Shown piece after piece: positions 31,747-41,882 of a stretch of 64,000 nt of DNA. Position numbers and translations under genes: made by a program. The stretch's first letter is position 1, and every line of letters starts with the position of its first letter. Below the pieces are notes generated by a model. It did not search any database, was not told the DNA's origin, and worked only from the letters and a program-made list of their open reading frames with translations. Source of the stretch: an uncultured Planctomycetota bacterium (GTDB taxonomy: Bacteria > Planctomycetota > Planctomycetia > Isosphaerales > Isosphaeraceae); NCBI GenBank assembly GCA_963737655.1, contig CAVTTN010000002.1, positions 3,264,001 through 3,328,000 on the forward strand, given 5' to 3'.

Positions 31747-33046
31747 AGGAATGCGGGGAAGGTCGCGGCCCTTGGGACGCCGCAGGTTTGGCGGGTTTCA
31801 CCCGCCCTGCCGATCGGCGCCGTTCATGAGCCTTCCGGGAGGCGCCTCGGCCTTCGATCAGGTCGAAATACCTCTTCAAATGCTCCTCTTCCGACCAGAT
31901 TCCCCGGCGGGCCGCCCGGCCGTTGGCTCCGAGTTCATTCCGGAGGGTCGGGTCGGCGACGATCCGGTCGATGGCGTCGATCAGGCCGCCGAGGGAATCG
32001 AACACGAGTCCTCCACCGCTTTCATTCACCAGCTCCGGCAGGGCCCCGAGGTCGCGAACGACGACCGGTGTCCCCTCGTGGAACGCTTCCAGGACCACAT
32101 AGCCGAACGTTTCGTAGACGAGAGAAGGCACGACAAGCGCTCGGGCCCCCCGGAACAGGGAGGCGGTCCCGGCCGCGGTCAATCGACCCTCGAAATGGAC
32201 GTTCGCCATGCCTTCGGCCTGCTTCCGCAGGTCGGTCTCGTACCGGCCGGAGCCGGCGATCCGGAGGTCGATGCCGGGGAGGTGCCTCATGGCGTCGATC
32301 GCGTCCTGAAACCCCTTGATCTTCTCCAGGCGACCGGCCGCCGCGACATACGGGCGATCGAATCGCGGTGTTTCGACATGAAACCCCCGGCCATAGTCGT
32401 CCGGGAGGAAGTAGGGCAGGAAGGTCGAAGGGGCCTGGATGCCCCGGCGGGCATGCTCGCGCTGGGTGGAGCGGCTCGGGCAGATCAGGGCGTCCAGGTG
32501 GCGGAGCGAGCGGTCCCGGAGCGACGTCTCTCGCCAGAGTTGCGGCGGACGCCTCGACGTAAAACAGCATTTTACGCACTCTGTCCGTTCGCAGACGCCT
32601 GCATCGAACTTCCAGAGGACGGAGAGCGGGCAGACCAGCCAGTGTTCGTGGGTCGTCATCAGCTTGACTGCCCCGTCGGCCGGCAGGGCGAGGAGCCCGG
32701 GGCCGCCGATCAGGGAGATATTGTGGAAGTGGACGACGTCGGGCCGGATCTCGCGATAGAGCCGGCGGATCGCCGCGGCCTTGAAGGCGGGAATCCCGAG
32801 CTGATGGGTGGCCAGGGGCGAGAGAGGGCCAACGGCGCTCTGGAGAGCATGAACGATCACTCCGGGATGCGGGTCGAACGGTCGCGGCTGCTCGTCGCCG
32901 CGGACCGTCTCGTAAGCGTCCCGGCAGTAGACGACATGGACCTCGTGCCCCAGCCCCGCCAGGGCCCGAGAGAGCCGATCGACGAACGCGGCGTCTCCGC
33001 CGAAGCTGTGGGGGCCGAAGAAGGTCGTCATCATGCAGAACTTCAT
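31712..33046 (-). CDS. Glycosyltransferase family 4
   Basis: PDVVHFHN, THEHWLVCP, AGRLEKIKG, VPSLVYETFGYVVLEAF..GTPVV. Confidence 0.9.
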   Translation of the reverse strand: MKFCMMTTFFGPHSFGGDAAFVDRLSRALAGLGHEVHVVYCRDAYETVRGDEQPRPFDPHPGVIVHALQSAVGPLSPLATHQLGIPAFKAAAIRRLYREIRPDVVHFHNISLIGGPGLLALPADGAVKLMTTHEHWLVCPLSVLWKFDAGVCERTECVKCCFTSRRPPQLWRETSLRDRSLRHLDALICPSRSTQREHARRGIQAPSTFLPYFLPDDYGRGFHVETPRFDRPYVAAAGRLEKIKGFQDAIDAMRHLPGIDLRIAGSGRYETDLRKQAEGMANVHFEGRLTAAGTASLFRGARALVVPSLVYETFGYVVLEAFHEGTPVVVRDLGALPELVNESGGGLVFDSLGGLIDAIDRIVADPTLRNELGANGRAARRGIWSEEEHLKRYFDLIEGRGASRKAHERRRSAGRVKPAKPAASQGPRPSPHSFTAPESTPRNR

Positions 33047-34227
33047 GCGGCCTCTCCGCGAGCCGGTCGGCCCAGGACGTCGTCGAACAGAGAGATCAGC
33101 GCGCGGGCCGACGCCTCCCAGGAATACCTCCGGGACCGTTCCAGGGCCCGAGCGGCCATCGCCGATCGCCTCTCGGGCTCCGCGAACAGGCCCCGGATCG
33201 CCGCCGCGATTCCGCCGACGTTCGTCGGGTCGAAGAACGTGCCGGCCCCGCCGATGACCTCGGGCAACGAACCGGCCCGGCTCGCCAGGACGGGCGTCCC
33301 GCACGCCATCGCCTCGACCGGCGGCAGCCCGAACCCCTCCATCAACGACGGCTGGATCAGCGCGAATGCCCGGTTGTAAAAGTGAGCGAGGTCATCGTCG
33401 GGCACGAATCCCGTGAACCGGACCCGACCGACGAGCCCGGACCGATCGACGGCATTCCGCAACTCCGGAACGTGCGTGAGGAACACGTCGCCGAGGTCGC
33501 CGACGAGCACCAGCTCGGCCTCTTCTGGCGCCCCGATCGCGAATGCCTCGATCAGCCTCACGAGGTTCTTGTGGGGGCTGAGTCCGCCGACGTAGAGCAG
33601 GAACGGACGGCCCGGATCGACGCCGAATCGCCCGAGCACCTCGTCGGACTTTCGGCCCGGCGCGATCGGTCGGAATACTCGTTCGGGCCCTTCCGGGATG
33701 ACCACAATGCGCGACTCGGGCAGGCCGAACCAGGTCAGCAGATCGCGCCGGGCCGACCACGACACCGTGGCGATCCGGTCCGCCCACATCACGGCGGCGT
33801 GCTCCTTCACGGCCCAGGCGAACCGGCCTTTCCACGACGGGAAGACCAGCCCGGGATGGGCGAGGGCGAGCGTGTCGTGCATCGTCACGACGACCCTCGG
33901 CACGTTCCACACGGGAAAGAAGCTGTAGGAGGCGGGGAAATACATCAGGTCGAGGCGACTCTTCGAGGCGGCCCGGCCCATCGCCAGGAGGTCGCGGACC
34001 CCCCTTCGCCCCGAGGCCGAGGCGGCCCGGCTCGGCGCCTCTCGGACGTTCACGGCCACTGTCTCGAACCCGGCCGGCACGCGGACGGACTCCAGAGACG
34101 GCCGGTCGACGAGGACGACGAACTCATGGGGCGGGTTCGCCTCGGCAAGGGCGCCGACGACCCCTCGGGCGAATCGGCCAAACCCCCGACGATTGGAGAG
34201 GCACCCGCCGTCGATCCCGATCCTCAT
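33043..34227 (-). CDS. Glycosyltransferase family 4
   Basis: MRIGIDG, GFGRF, TMHD, YVGGLSPHKN, PSLMEGFGLPPVEAMACGTPV. Confidence 0.92.
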   Translation of the reverse strand: MRIGIDGGCLSNRRGFGRFARGVVGALAEANPPHEFVVLVDRPSLESVRVPAGFETVAVNVREAPSRAASASGRRGVRDLLAMGRAASKSRLDLMYFPASYSFFPVWNVPRVVVTMHDTLALAHPGLVFPSWKGRFAWAVKEHAAVMWADRIATVSWSARRDLLTWFGLPESRIVVIPEGPERVFRPIAPGRKSDEVLGRFGVDPGRPFLLYVGGLSPHKNLVRLIEAFAIGAPEEAELVLVGDLGDVFLTHVPELRNAVDRSGLVGRVRFTGFVPDDDLAHFYNRAFALIQPSLMEGFGLPPVEAMACGTPVLASRAGSLPEVIGGAGTFFDPTNVGGIAAAIRGLFAEPERRSAMAARALERSRRYSWEASARALISLFDDVLGRPARGEAA

Positions 34228-35009
34228 CGTCGATCCTCCGAAGGCTTTCGGGCGAGGACCAGGGTGCTATGCCCGACCGGCAATCGCAGGCCGAATCGGC
34301 CCACGGCGATGGCCTCGATGCTCGCGACCGCCCCCATCCACCGACTTGCCCACGAGGGGCCGCATTTCGCCCTCAAACCGGCTCCCGACGGATGCCCCCC
34401 CGCCCTTCCCAACGTCGCCAAGCCCACCAACTCCGAGATGACCGCCGGGACAGCGTTCACGGACGAGGCCCGGACGATCCGCATCCCCGACCGACGGACG
34501 ACCGCCGAGAGTTCTCGAAGCCGGTAAGGCCGGGAGCCCTCGCGATCGTCCGGCCAGATCCCCCGGCCGTTGGCCCGGATCAAGGCGAATCCGCCTGGTC
34601 GTAGGACCCGGACGAGTTCGGCCGCCGCGATTGCATCCGAACCGGCGGGCAGGTGCTGGAAGACGTCGAAACAGGTCACGAGGTCGAAGCATGATCCGGG
34701 GAACGGCAATTCCAGGGCGTCTCCCGGTAGGACGATCGCCCGAGCGACCTTGCGGGCGAGATCTCGGGCCGCCGGGTTCGGGTCGATGCCGATGACCTCA
34801 CGGAATTCGGCGCGAGCGACCAGTCGCGAGAGCGTCCCGCCGGCCCCGCAACCGACGTCCAGGGCCGACAGGCCGGTCTCGCCCGCCATCGCCCGATCGA
34901 TCCAGGCCGAGGCGATTTGCCACATCGCCCGCGGCCACCAGTGGGCTTGCTCTCTCGTGTGGAGCAGGTCGAAATACCGAGGGTCGTCCAGCGAGAGCCC
35001 GGCGCTCAT
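34224..35009 (-). CDS. Class I SAM-dependent methyltransferase
   Basis: E.AHWW, LDVGCGAG, LPFP..FDLVTCFDVFQH, RVLRPGG. Confidence 0.88.
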   Translation of the reverse strand: MSAGLSLDDPRYFDLLHTREQAHWWPRAMWQIASAWIDRAMAGETGLSALDVGCGAGGTLSRLVARAEFREVIGIDPNPAARDLARKVARAIVLPGDALELPFPGSCFDLVTCFDVFQHLPAGSDAIAAAELVRVLRPGGFALIRANGRGIWPDDREGSRPYRLRELSAVVRRSGMRIVRASSVNAVPAVISELVGLATLGRAGGHPSGAGLRAKCGPSWASRWMGAVASIEAIAVGRFGLRLPVGHSTLVLARKPSEDRR

Positions 35010-36427
35010 CCCAAGGCCCTCCGCATCGTCGGCCAGCGAACGAGGCCGAAGGCCGACGCCCCTCCAAGACTCGCCGCCCAGATCGGCAGCGGTCTCATCG
35101 CGAGGACGACGGCGGCCATCACGACGCATCCGAAGGCCGTCTCGCGATCGATCGGGCCGATTCGGGTCGTCATCCCGAGCTTCGCGAGGCGAGCACGTCC
35201 CAGGAACGCCCCGAACGCCTCGACCCCGATCATCGCGACCGCCGCCCCGATCGGCCCGGCGAACGTCGCGGCCAGTCCCACGGCGAGCCCGGCGAGTCCG
35301 GCCTGAATCACGGCGATTCGCATCGATTCTCCCTCGAGGCGGACGGCGACCAGCGCGGCCTGATCCAGCGTCGTGGCGAGCAAGAACGGCGTCCTCGCGG
35401 CGATGAGGGCGAGGCAGACGCCTCCTCCGCGGTAGCCCAGGCCGAAGAGGAAGGACATCCAGCCCTCGGCGGTCAGGACCAGCCCGAGGCTGGCCGGGAC
35501 CGCCCAGCCCAGGAGCCCTCGTCTCGCCCGGCCGATCGCCTCGCCGGCCGCCTCGGGGCCCTGGAGGAACGCTCGGGCGATCTTCGGGGCGACCGCCCCC
35601 GGGACGATGATCCCCACGGCCACCACCGCGAAGACCACCCGCCGGGCCGCCGCATACGGACCGGTCCCGGCGGTCCCCATCGCCCCCAGAAGGAGGACGT
35701 CCGCTCCATAGCAGGCGACCCGGGCGAACCGCGAGACGCTCGCGACCAGGCCGCGACGGGTCAGGACGACGAGGCTTCGGACGTGAGGAAGCCGTCGGGG
35801 AATCGCGAATGCCCCCCTCGTCGTCGCGAAGAACGCCGCCAGGACGACCTCGGCAATCGCCGGACAGGACGCCGCGACGAGAAGGTCGTCCGGGTCATTC
35901 ACCAGCAGGAAGCCGGCCGAGGCCAGGGCCAGCGTTCGCAAGACCTGAGCCATCGCCACCAGCCCGAGTCGTCCCAGGGCCCGGGGCGTGACGTCCGCAA
36001 CCAGGGCAGACGGCACGAGCATGAGGCCCGAGACCGCCAGGACGCCTCGGCCCCGATCCGCCATCAGCGCCGCCGCCAGCGTCATCATCAGGCCAATCGC
36101 CGCCCCGAGGAGCTTTAAACCGAGCAAAGCCGAGGTGATCGGCCGGGCGATTCGGTGATTCCTGGCGATTTCGCGGATCGCGATCGTCTCGGCCCCGCTT
36201 CGGACCCAGAGGAGCATCATCGCCGTCAACGCCGAAGCAAATTCCAGGCTCGCGAACGACCTGGGGCCGAGGGTCCTCGCGAGGTGGATCGTCACGCCGA
36301 AACCGACGAGGCCGGCGATCGCTTCGGACGCGACCAGGCAGGCGAGTCCGAACGAGGATCGACCCGAGGCGCCTCCCCGCGAGGCGGGCGTAATCCGCGA
36401 AGGTCGCCGCGAGGCGAGAGTGGTCAT
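35006..36427 (-). CDS. Oligosaccharide/polysaccharide flippase (Wzx/MOP family)
   Basis: LARTLGP..F, IREIAR, DVLLLG, G.YAAARR; about 12 hydrophobic helices; inside the GT cluster. Confidence 0.82.
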   Translation of the reverse strand: MTTLASRRPSRITPASRGGASGRSSFGLACLVASEAIAGLVGFGVTIHLARTLGPRSFASLEFASALTAMMLLWVRSGAETIAIREIARNHRIARPITSALLGLKLLGAAIGLMMTLAAALMADRGRGVLAVSGLMLVPSALVADVTPRALGRLGLVAMAQVLRTLALASAGFLLVNDPDDLLVAASCPAIAEVVLAAFFATTRGAFAIPRRLPHVRSLVVLTRRGLVASVSRFARVACYGADVLLLGAMGTAGTGPYAAARRVVFAVVAVGIIVPGAVAPKIARAFLQGPEAAGEAIGRARRGLLGWAVPASLGLVLTAEGWMSFLFGLGYRGGGVCLALIAARTPFLLATTLDQAALVAVRLEGESMRIAVIQAGLAGLAVGLAATFAGPIGAAVAMIGVEAFGAFLGRARLAKLGMTTRIGPIDRETAFGCVVMAAVVLAMRPLPIWAASLGGASAFGLVRWPTMRRALG

Positions 36428-37416
36428 TCCGCCCCCGCTTTCTCGGCGGTCACCTGCCAGACCGGGCCGAACTCGCAGGCCATCCGGCGAGCGACGGGCA
36501 CGCGGCGGCCGACCTCATAGAGCCGGCGGAGCCAACCCGGGACGGCCCCGACCGGGCACTCGGGAGCCGAGGTGACGACCCGGCTCCAGCCGGCCCGAGA
36601 GGCCATTCGCGAGGCGTCCGTCGCCGAAGCCGGGCGCACTTTCCACTCCCGCCCGGTCTTCTTGCGGACGATCCGTTCCTGACGCCTCCGGGAGCGCCAG
36701 CCCAGGCCCCAGATGCCGGTATGAGGGTCGGGGAGCAAGCTCCGTCGATTCGGGCCCCAGAGGACCAGGCGGCCTCCGGGACGAGCGACGCGGAGGCATT
36801 CGGCGAGGGCCCCCGATGGGTCATCCAGATGTTCCAGGAGGCTATCGGCGACTACCGCCGAAAAGATCCCATCGGGCCACGGCAGGGCCGAGGCATGCGC
36901 GACCGTCAGCCGGACATCGGCCGATTCGAGCCGTTTTCGAGCGACGACGAGCCATCGCGAGGCCACGTCGGCCCCCTCGATCGCGACCCCTCGACGGTTC
37001 GCCGAGGCGAGCAAGCCGCCGGTCCCGCAACCGACCTCCAGGACCGGGCCTTCGATCGGCAAGAGCCGGGCCAGGACGTCTCCCCGACGCTCCGCACCGG
37101 CGATATGCGCGAGGAATCGGAGCCGGGACGCGCCTTCCACGTCGGGTGTCCGGTCATAATACGCGGAGGCCAGGCCGATCAGGTCGAGCCCGGGAGCGAT
37201 CTCGGCGAGCTCCTCGGCCTTCTTCCGTTCGGCGAAGAGGGGCAAGTAACGATCGGACCGGAGGCGGAGGTCGGGCATCCCGGCGACCGTCGGATAAATC
37301 CGCAAGCACGGCCGACACGCCAGCCCCACGAGCGGCGCCCGGCATTTCGGACAGGCCAGGGGCGTCCTCGGCGGCGAGGCAGCCGGTCCGGAGGCCGGGA
37401 CTTGGCGGCGGTCCAT
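36424..37416 (-). CDS. Class I SAM-dependent methyltransferase with N-terminal Trm112-like CxxC/CxxC module
   Basis: LACPKCR...CRPC..YP..GMPDL, LEVGCGTG, LPWPD, LLEHL, RVARPGG. Confidence 0.82.
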   Translation of the reverse strand: MDRRQVPASGPAASPPRTPLACPKCRAPLVGLACRPCLRIYPTVAGMPDLRLRSDRYLPLFAERKKAEELAEIAPGLDLIGLASAYYDRTPDVEGASRLRFLAHIAGAERRGDVLARLLPIEGPVLEVGCGTGGLLASANRRGVAIEGADVASRWLVVARKRLESADVRLTVAHASALPWPDGIFSAVVADSLLEHLDDPSGALAECLRVARPGGRLVLWGPNRRSLLPDPHTGIWGLGWRSRRRQERIVRKKTGREWKVRPASATDASRMASRAGWSRVVTSAPECPVGAVPGWLRRLYEVGRRVPVARRMACEFGPVWQVTAEKAGAE

Positions 37417-37512
37417 CGAAGCGACGCTCCTCCCTGAGCGCATTCCGGCTCCATCCCGAAGGCGACGCCCGACGATACCCGCCCCGGCCCGATCCGGCAA
37501 CGCCGATGTGGC

Positions 37513-40500
37513 CTAGCCCATGCCCCCCGCCGACTGAACGGCCATCGGCTCGGCCAGGTCCAGGTCGGGGGCGAACCCTCGCCTCATAGTGTTTTCGGTG
37601 ACCGTCCTCGTCAGGAGGAATTCGCGGAGGTAATCCGTACCGCCGGCCTTCGTGCCGATCCCGGAGAGCTTGAAGCCGCCGAACGGCTGGCGATCGACCA
37701 GGGCCCCGGTGATCGAGCGGTTGATGTACAGGTTGCCGACCCGGAATTCCCGTTTCACGCGGTCGATATGGGCCGGGCTCCTCGAGAAGAGGCCGCCGGT
37801 CAGGGCGTATTCGGTCCCGTTGGCAATCTTCAGGGCGTCGTCGAGGTCCCGGGCGCGGATCACCGCGAGGATCGGCCCGAAAATCTCTTCCTGGGCGACT
37901 CTCGCCGAGGGAGAGACGTCCGCGACGACCAGAGGGCCGACGAAATGCCCCTTGCCGGCGAGGTCTCCGGCCTCGACCTTCGCCACGACCCGCCCTTCCC
38001 TCTCGGCGATCGCCTGATACCGCTCGATCCGGGCGCGAGCGTCGGCGTCGATCACGGGGCCGACGTCCGTGGCGGGGTCGTCGGCCGGGCCGACCTTGAG
38101 GCCCTTCGTGGCCTCGGCCAGACGGGTCACGAAGGCGTCGTACAGGCCGTCCAGGACGATCGCCCGCGAGCACGCCGAACACTTCTGGCCCGAGTAGCCG
38201 AACGCCGCCTGCACCACGCCGACCACCGCTTCATCCAGGTCGGCGTCGTCGTCGATGATCGTGGCGTTCTTGCCGCCCATCTCGGCGATCACTCGTTTGA
38301 CGTGGTCCTGGCCCGGCTTCGTCTCGGCCGCCCGGCGGTTGATTTCCAAACCCACGGCCCGGCTGCCGGTGAAGCTGATCAGGTCCACGGCCGGATGATC
38401 GACCAGCGCCTGGCCAACGACCTCTCCTCGCCCCGGCAGGAAGCTCAATACCCCGTCCGGGAGGCCGGCTTCCTTCAAGGCACGGACCAGTTCCCAGGCG
38501 ATGACCGGCGACTGCTCGGCCGGCTTCAGGATCACCGCGTTCCCCGCCACCAGGGCCGCGACGGTCATCCCGCAGGGGATCGCCAGCGGGAAATTCCAGG
38601 GAGGGATGACCACGACGACCCCCCGGGCGATGTGCTCGATCCGGTTCGTCTCTCCGGGGACGTCGCGGGCCTGGGGGGAGTCGAGACGGATCATCTCCCG
38701 AGCGTAAAACTCGCAAAAGTCGATCGCTTCGGCGAGGTCGGCGTCGGCTTCTCGCCACGGCTTGCCGCATTCGACGACTTCGACGGCCGCCAGCTCGAAC
38801 TTCTTCCTGCGGAGGACGTCCGCGGCCCGGATCAAGACATCGGCCCGATCGCGGGCCGGGGTGATCGACCAGGACGAGAAAGCAGTTCGGGCGATCTTGA
38901 CCGCCATGTCGGCGTCTTCGGCGGTCCCGGACGCGGTCCGGCTGACGATTTGACCCAGGTCGTTTGGGCTGGCGACCTCCAAGATCTCGCCCCGGGCCTG
39001 GTGATCCTCCCAGAGTCGGAGAGGGACGGCGATCGGGCCTCGGCCCAGCCTCTCGGAGAGCGAGGCCAGGGCCTTCCTCATCGCCTCTCGGTGCTCGGGC
39101 CGCGTGAAGTCGGTCAACGGCTCGTTGCGGAACGGTGTCAAGGGACCGGACGCTTCGGCCCTGGCGGGACGCTTCCGACCGAACATCGCTCCGGTCTCCT
39201 CGGGGTTCCTCAGCAACTCGTCAATCTTCCTCTTGCCCGACGCGCTGGCCTTCAAGAACGACTCGTTCGACGTGTTTTCCAGGAGCCGGCGGACGAGATA
39301 AGCCATCCCCGGCAGCATGGCGCCATAGGGGGTGTAGACCCGGCACCGAAGGCCCTCGGCGGCCAGGGCCCGCGCGATCGGCTCGCCCATCCCGTGGAGC
39401 ACCTGGACCTCGAACGCATCGCGAGGGACGCCGAACGCCTCGGCCGCCGCCATCCCGGCCGCGAGGCTGCGGACGTTGTGACTTCCCAGGGCGGGGCGGA
39501 GGGTCCGGTAATGCTCCATCAGGAACCGGGCGCAGCGTTCGTAATTGGCGTCGGACTGCCACTTCTCGGTATAGACCGGGATCGGCCAGCCCAGCTGCTG
39601 GGCGTGGAGCACCTCGTAATCCCAGTACGCCCCCTTGACCAGCCGGATCGTGATCGGAGTTCCTCGCGAGCGGACCCAGTCGCGGAGCCGTTCGAGGTCG
39701 GCCATCGCCTCGGGCAGATACGCCTGGCAGACGATCCCCGCGTGGGGCCAGTCGCGGAACTCCGGTTCTTCCAGGACGGTTCGGAAGATCGAGTAGGTCA
39801 GATCCTTGTGAGCGTACTGCTCCATGTCGACGTTCACGAACGCGCCGACTTCCTTCGCCGTCCGCAAGATCGGCCGGAGCCGCTGGAGGACGGCCGCGGA
39901 GGTCGTCTCGGCGTGGATGGCGTCGAAACGTGTCGTGAGGCTTGTGAGCTTCAGGGAGAGATTGACGCGAGGGATGGGGCCGTCGTGGCCGCGGTCGATC
40001 GTGGGGATTTCGGCCGCGGAGTTCAGGGGGCCGGCGAGCCCTCGGAGCAGGTCGAGGCAGGTCTTCTGATAGACGTCGGCCTCGGTCTCGGAGATCACGG
40101 CCTCGCCCAGGAGGTCGGCGGTGAAGGCCAGGCCCTTGCGACGAAGCCCCTGAACGGTGACGAACGCCTCCTCGGGCGTCGATCCCGCGATGAAGCGCCG
40201 GGCCATGGTCGTTGCCGCGAACCGGGCGAGCCCGGCGAGCATGGCGTCTCCCAGGGGGCCCGGCGGGGTCAGGGCCATGGGCCCCCGGATCAGGCCCGGG
40301 ACGCGGTCGCCGGCTTCGTCCAGGTACTCGGCCAGGTGCCTCCGGGCCGATCGGGCCGAGGCGAGGGTGGGCAAGGCGTCGATGAACCGGAAAAGCTGGA
40401 CCTTGGCCTCGTCGTGGCCCATCGTCAGGCCCATCAGGCGGTCGTCCCACCAGGCCCGTTGCCAGGGGGCCGGCCCGCGGCCAATCCGGGCGAACAGGTC

Positions 40501-40557
40501 GCGGCCGATCTGCCTGGTGCGACCCTCCAGGTCCTCCGTCGTTGAGATCACCGCCAT
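37513..40557 (-). CDS. putA: Bifunctional proline dehydrogenase / L-glutamate gamma-semialdehyde dehydrogenase
   Basis: QLFRFIDALP, DLLGE, VDME, RLVKGAYWD, AYLVRRLLEN, PPWNFP, FTGS, EMGGKN, GQKCSACSR, EEIFGP, QPFGG. Confidence 0.96.
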   Translation of the reverse strand: MAVISTTEDLEGRTRQIGRDLFARIGRGPAPWQRAWWDDRLMGLTMGHDEAKVQLFRFIDALPTLASARSARRHLAEYLDEAGDRVPGLIRGPMALTPPGPLGDAMLAGLARFAATTMARRFIAGSTPEEAFVTVQGLRRKGLAFTADLLGEAVISETEADVYQKTCLDLLRGLAGPLNSAAEIPTIDRGHDGPIPRVNLSLKLTSLTTRFDAIHAETTSAAVLQRLRPILRTAKEVGAFVNVDMEQYAHKDLTYSIFRTVLEEPEFRDWPHAGIVCQAYLPEAMADLERLRDWVRSRGTPITIRLVKGAYWDYEVLHAQQLGWPIPVYTEKWQSDANYERCARFLMEHYRTLRPALGSHNVRSLAAGMAAAEAFGVPRDAFEVQVLHGMGEPIARALAAEGLRCRVYTPYGAMLPGMAYLVRRLLENTSNESFLKASASGKRKIDELLRNPEETGAMFGRKRPARAEASGPLTPFRNEPLTDFTRPEHREAMRKALASLSERLGRGPIAVPLRLWEDHQARGEILEVASPNDLGQIVSRTASGTAEDADMAVKIARTAFSSWSITPARDRADVLIRAADVLRRKKFELAAVEVVECGKPWREADADLAEAIDFCEFYAREMIRLDSPQARDVPGETNRIEHIARGVVVVIPPWNFPLAIPCGMTVAALVAGNAVILKPAEQSPVIAWELVRALKEAGLPDGVLSFLPGRGEVVGQALVDHPAVDLISFTGSRAVGLEINRRAAETKPGQDHVKRVIAEMGGKNATIIDDDADLDEAVVGVVQAAFGYSGQKCSACSRAIVLDGLYDAFVTRLAEATKGLKVGPADDPATDVGPVIDADARARIERYQAIAEREGRVVAKVEAGDLAGKGHFVGPLVVADVSPSARVAQEEIFGPILAVIRARDLDDALKIANGTEYALTGGLFSRSPAHIDRVKREFRVGNLYINRSITGALVDRQPFGGFKLSGIGTKAGGTDYLREFLLTRTVTENTMRRGFAPDLDLAEPMAVQSAGGMG

Positions 40558-40756
40558 GCGTGCGAGGCCTCCCCCGGGTCGTCTCCCCCTCTTAGTGTAC
40601 GCTGGGCGGGTCGGGAAGGGTCGCAAATCCGAGGTCTTCGGGTCGGCGGACCGTTACCTTCGTCACGGATTGGTGTTTCAATGACGCTCGCCCCTCCTCG
40701 GGTGGTCCGCCGAGGGGCGCCGTCCGCATCCTTGCAAGGAAGAGGGAGCCTGACCG

Positions 40757-41107
40757 ATGCAGAGCCGCCGCCGCTTCGCCCGGGTCCTCGTCTGTGGGGT
40801 GGCCGTCCTGGCCGTCCTGGTCGTGCCCGTCCTGGCCGACGAGCTGATCGGGACCGTCAAGTCCGTCGACGTCGATGCCAAGAAGCTCGTGGTCCTGGAG
40901 AAGGAAACGGACAAGGAGATCACCGTCACCGTCACCGACACCACCGAGTACGAGAGCGCCAAGGGGAAGACCAGCAAGGTGGACCTGGAGAAGATGAAGG
41001 GGAACGTCGAGAAGGCCAAGGGGAAATACGCGGTGACGATCACCCACGAGGGCGGGGTGGCGTCGAAGATCAAGGCCACGCCGAAGAAGAAGACCGAGGC
41101 GAGGTGA
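40757..41107 (+). CDS. Small secreted Lys/Thr-rich beta-domain protein (DUF5666/OB-like)
   Basis: Signal peptide ending VLA-D; GTVKSVD..KKLVV...EITVTVTDTT pattern; SD GGGAG. Confidence 0.7.
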   Translation: MQSRRRFARVLVCGVAVLAVLVVPVLADELIGTVKSVDVDAKKLVVLEKETDKEITVTVTDTTEYESAKGKTSKVDLEKMKGNVEKAKGKYAVTITHEGGVASKIKATPKKKTEAR

Positions 41108-41245
41108 TCTCCCGGCCGAGCAATCCGGGATTGCCCGGAATCGGGCCTCCTGGTATCGAAGGGCCTCGGGTCCGGCCCTCGGCGGCGTCTGAGCCGTTCG
41201 GGGGAGGCCGGGTCCGGCCCTCTTGATGCAGGAGGCACGTCCTCG

Positions 41246-41503
41246 ATGAAGAACCTGACGAGGCGAGCGGCCGTCGTGGCCGGGACGATCGGCCTGATGG
41301 CCCCCGCGGCGATGGCCCAGAAGGCCCCCAAGCCCCGCAAGTACGCGAGGCTCCACAAGGCCGTCGAAGACATGGCCGCCGCCAAGGAATGGCTCAAGAA
41401 GTCCCCCGACGTCTTCGGCGGGCACAAGCAGAAGTCGATCGAGGCCATCGACGCCGCCATCGCCGAGGTCCGCGCCGGCCTGATCTACGCCAAGGACCTG
41501 TGA
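41246..41503 (+). CDS. Small secreted helical protein with twin-arginine-like signal
   Basis: SD GGAGG; MKNLTRRAAVV signal; FGGHKQK.IEAID.AI.E helical-hairpin motif. Confidence 0.7.
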   Translation: MKNLTRRAAVVAGTIGLMAPAAMAQKAPKPRKYARLHKAVEDMAAAKEWLKKSPDVFGGHKQKSIEAIDAAIAEVRAGLIYAKDL

Positions 41504-41548
41504 TCGGTCCCTCACGATCGAAATTCGCCCCGGGAACGGCCCCGCCGC

Positions 41549-41578
41549 TTGACGCGAGGCCCCTTCCCGGGGTACACT
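41549..41578 (+). promoter_or_regulatory. Sigma70 promoter upstream of the riboswitch
   Basis: TTGACG-18 nt-TACACT, about 22 nt before the aptamer. Confidence 0.65.
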
Positions 41579-41600
41579 TCCGGCATCATAATTCGGTGCG

Positions 41601-41745
41601 CATCTTATCCAGAGTGGCTGAGGGACGGGCCCGATGACGCCACAGCAACCGGTCCGCCATCATGGCGGACGCAGGTGCTAACTCCTGCCTGGGTCTTTTC
41701 GGACGGCTTTGCCGATCCGAGGAGGTCGCCGGGATAGATAAGATG
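41601..41745 (+). ncRNA. SAM-I (S-box) riboswitch
   Basis: P1 CATCTTATC / GATAAGATG. Conserved ATCCAGAG..GAGGGA.GGCCC.ATGA....CAGCAACC, P3 GTCCGCCA-TCA-TGGCGGAC, GGTGCTAA.TCC, extended P4. Confidence 0.93.
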
Positions 41746-41882
41746 GTCGAGGTCGGCCGCCTCGTCTCTTGAGGGCCGAGCCGATCCCCCCTTATCCATC
41801 CTGAACGTTCCCCGGGCCCTCTCGCAGGGTTCCTGGATCGAGACGCGCATCGGGCGGCCCTCGATCCCGGAGTCCCCAAGCG

